Positions 63,181-64,000 of a stretch of 64,000 bases of DNA are shown here, piece by piece. The position numbers were made by a program, and so were the translations under genes. The stretch covers positions 82,647,555-82,711,554 of the forward strand of contig JAUZTB010000098.1 in the NCBI GenBank assembly GCA_034780895.1, written 5' to 3'. Position 1 is the stretch's first letter. Every line of letters begins with the position of its first letter. This stretch comes from Rhynchobatus australiae (Eukaryota). Below the pieces are notes generated by a model. That model ran no database searches. It was given only the letters and a program-made list of their open reading frames with translations, and had not been told where the DNA came from.

Positions 63181-64000
63181 TGAACGGAACAGAATGCCAG
63201 CAGGAAGAAATATGGATGACAGTAAGAACATATTACATGTGTATCCAGAATTGATTCTTCAATTTGATTTTCAGTGTTGTGAAAATTTGATAGTGTTATA
63301 ATTCCTGTTATTCATAATGCCAAACGATCACTGTATAGACAAAGATGTCATCAGTTAATTTAGATGGCTTATAATTTATGCCCTGCAGAGACCATTTGAA
63401 ATAAAGTCAGGGTAAGTAAATTCTGAAGACTGACAGCAGATCCAGAGGAATTTTTGTCAGACTACTTTTATAAATTGTCAGCTGACATGCTAAGATACTG
63501 AAACAAACACAGACAATAACCGTTTGAAGTGCAGTGTAATACTCCTCGGTTTAATGGGGCCCATCTGCTTGGACAATCTGTATTGACTAGTCTGTTCTCT
63601 TAGAATTAACTATTAATGAGATTTTACAATGATTTGACTAAGTGAGTAGTTCTGTATTTAATTTCCTGGTTTGGGATGATAACATTAAAGTATTTGATTT
63701 TAACTTCCACCTTTCTTTAATGAAGCATTTTAATGGAACAAGTTACTTAGTGTTTTGTTAAATGCTCATCTTTAATTCTTTTTTTTATTTCTATGGAGAG
63801 CATTGACTTTTCTATGCATGCCCCTGCCAGACTTTGATGGTGCCAATTTTTGAGCATAGATATAAAGCAGAATGAAATTGAAGGAACTTCCTTTAATATT
63901 GGACCTTTTGCAGCCTTTGGACATTCCCCAACACAGTTTACAACCAATTAAGTGCTTTTGAAGTATGGTCACTAGTAGTGATGTGAGAAATATAACTGTG

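Noticed and set aside
1-64000. Prokaryotic-style systems (CRISPR, operons, defence islands), tRNA or rRNA genes
   Set aside because: The window is vertebrate intron-exon DNA; tRNA-like segments are decayed SINE heads, and no such arrays or genes are visible.

Overview
This is AT-rich, repeat-dense eukaryotic DNA from a gapped draft assembly. The repeat families (HE1-like V-SINE, Deu-domain SINE, CR1, Rex1/Babar, Penelope-like relics) point to a cartilaginous fish; that assignment is an inference. The whole window lies inside one + strand gene, delta-2 catenin (CTNND2). Six consecutive coding exons are present, equivalent to human exons 4-9, at 28989-29023, 29493-29609, 29822-30006, 35057-35600, 41253-41447 and 58585-58822. 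All have AG/GT boundaries and splice into one open frame. Everything else is intron filled with decayed and often nested transposons: a nearly complete CR1 (ORF1 esterase, endonuclease, RT), two Rex1/Babar copies, a Gypsy integrase/PPT/LTR relic, a Harbinger transposase relic, a TA-flanked Tc1/mariner MITE, L2 fragments and SINEs. I found no convincing new biological system. The best leads are modest: a consensus competing splice donor that would create a stop-containing extension of exon 5, a degenerate ~29-bp tandem array, unexplained hairpins, decayed hammerhead ribozyme cores and a non-canonical REST-like site. Repeat boundaries are approximate, and family names come from motif recognition, not database searches.
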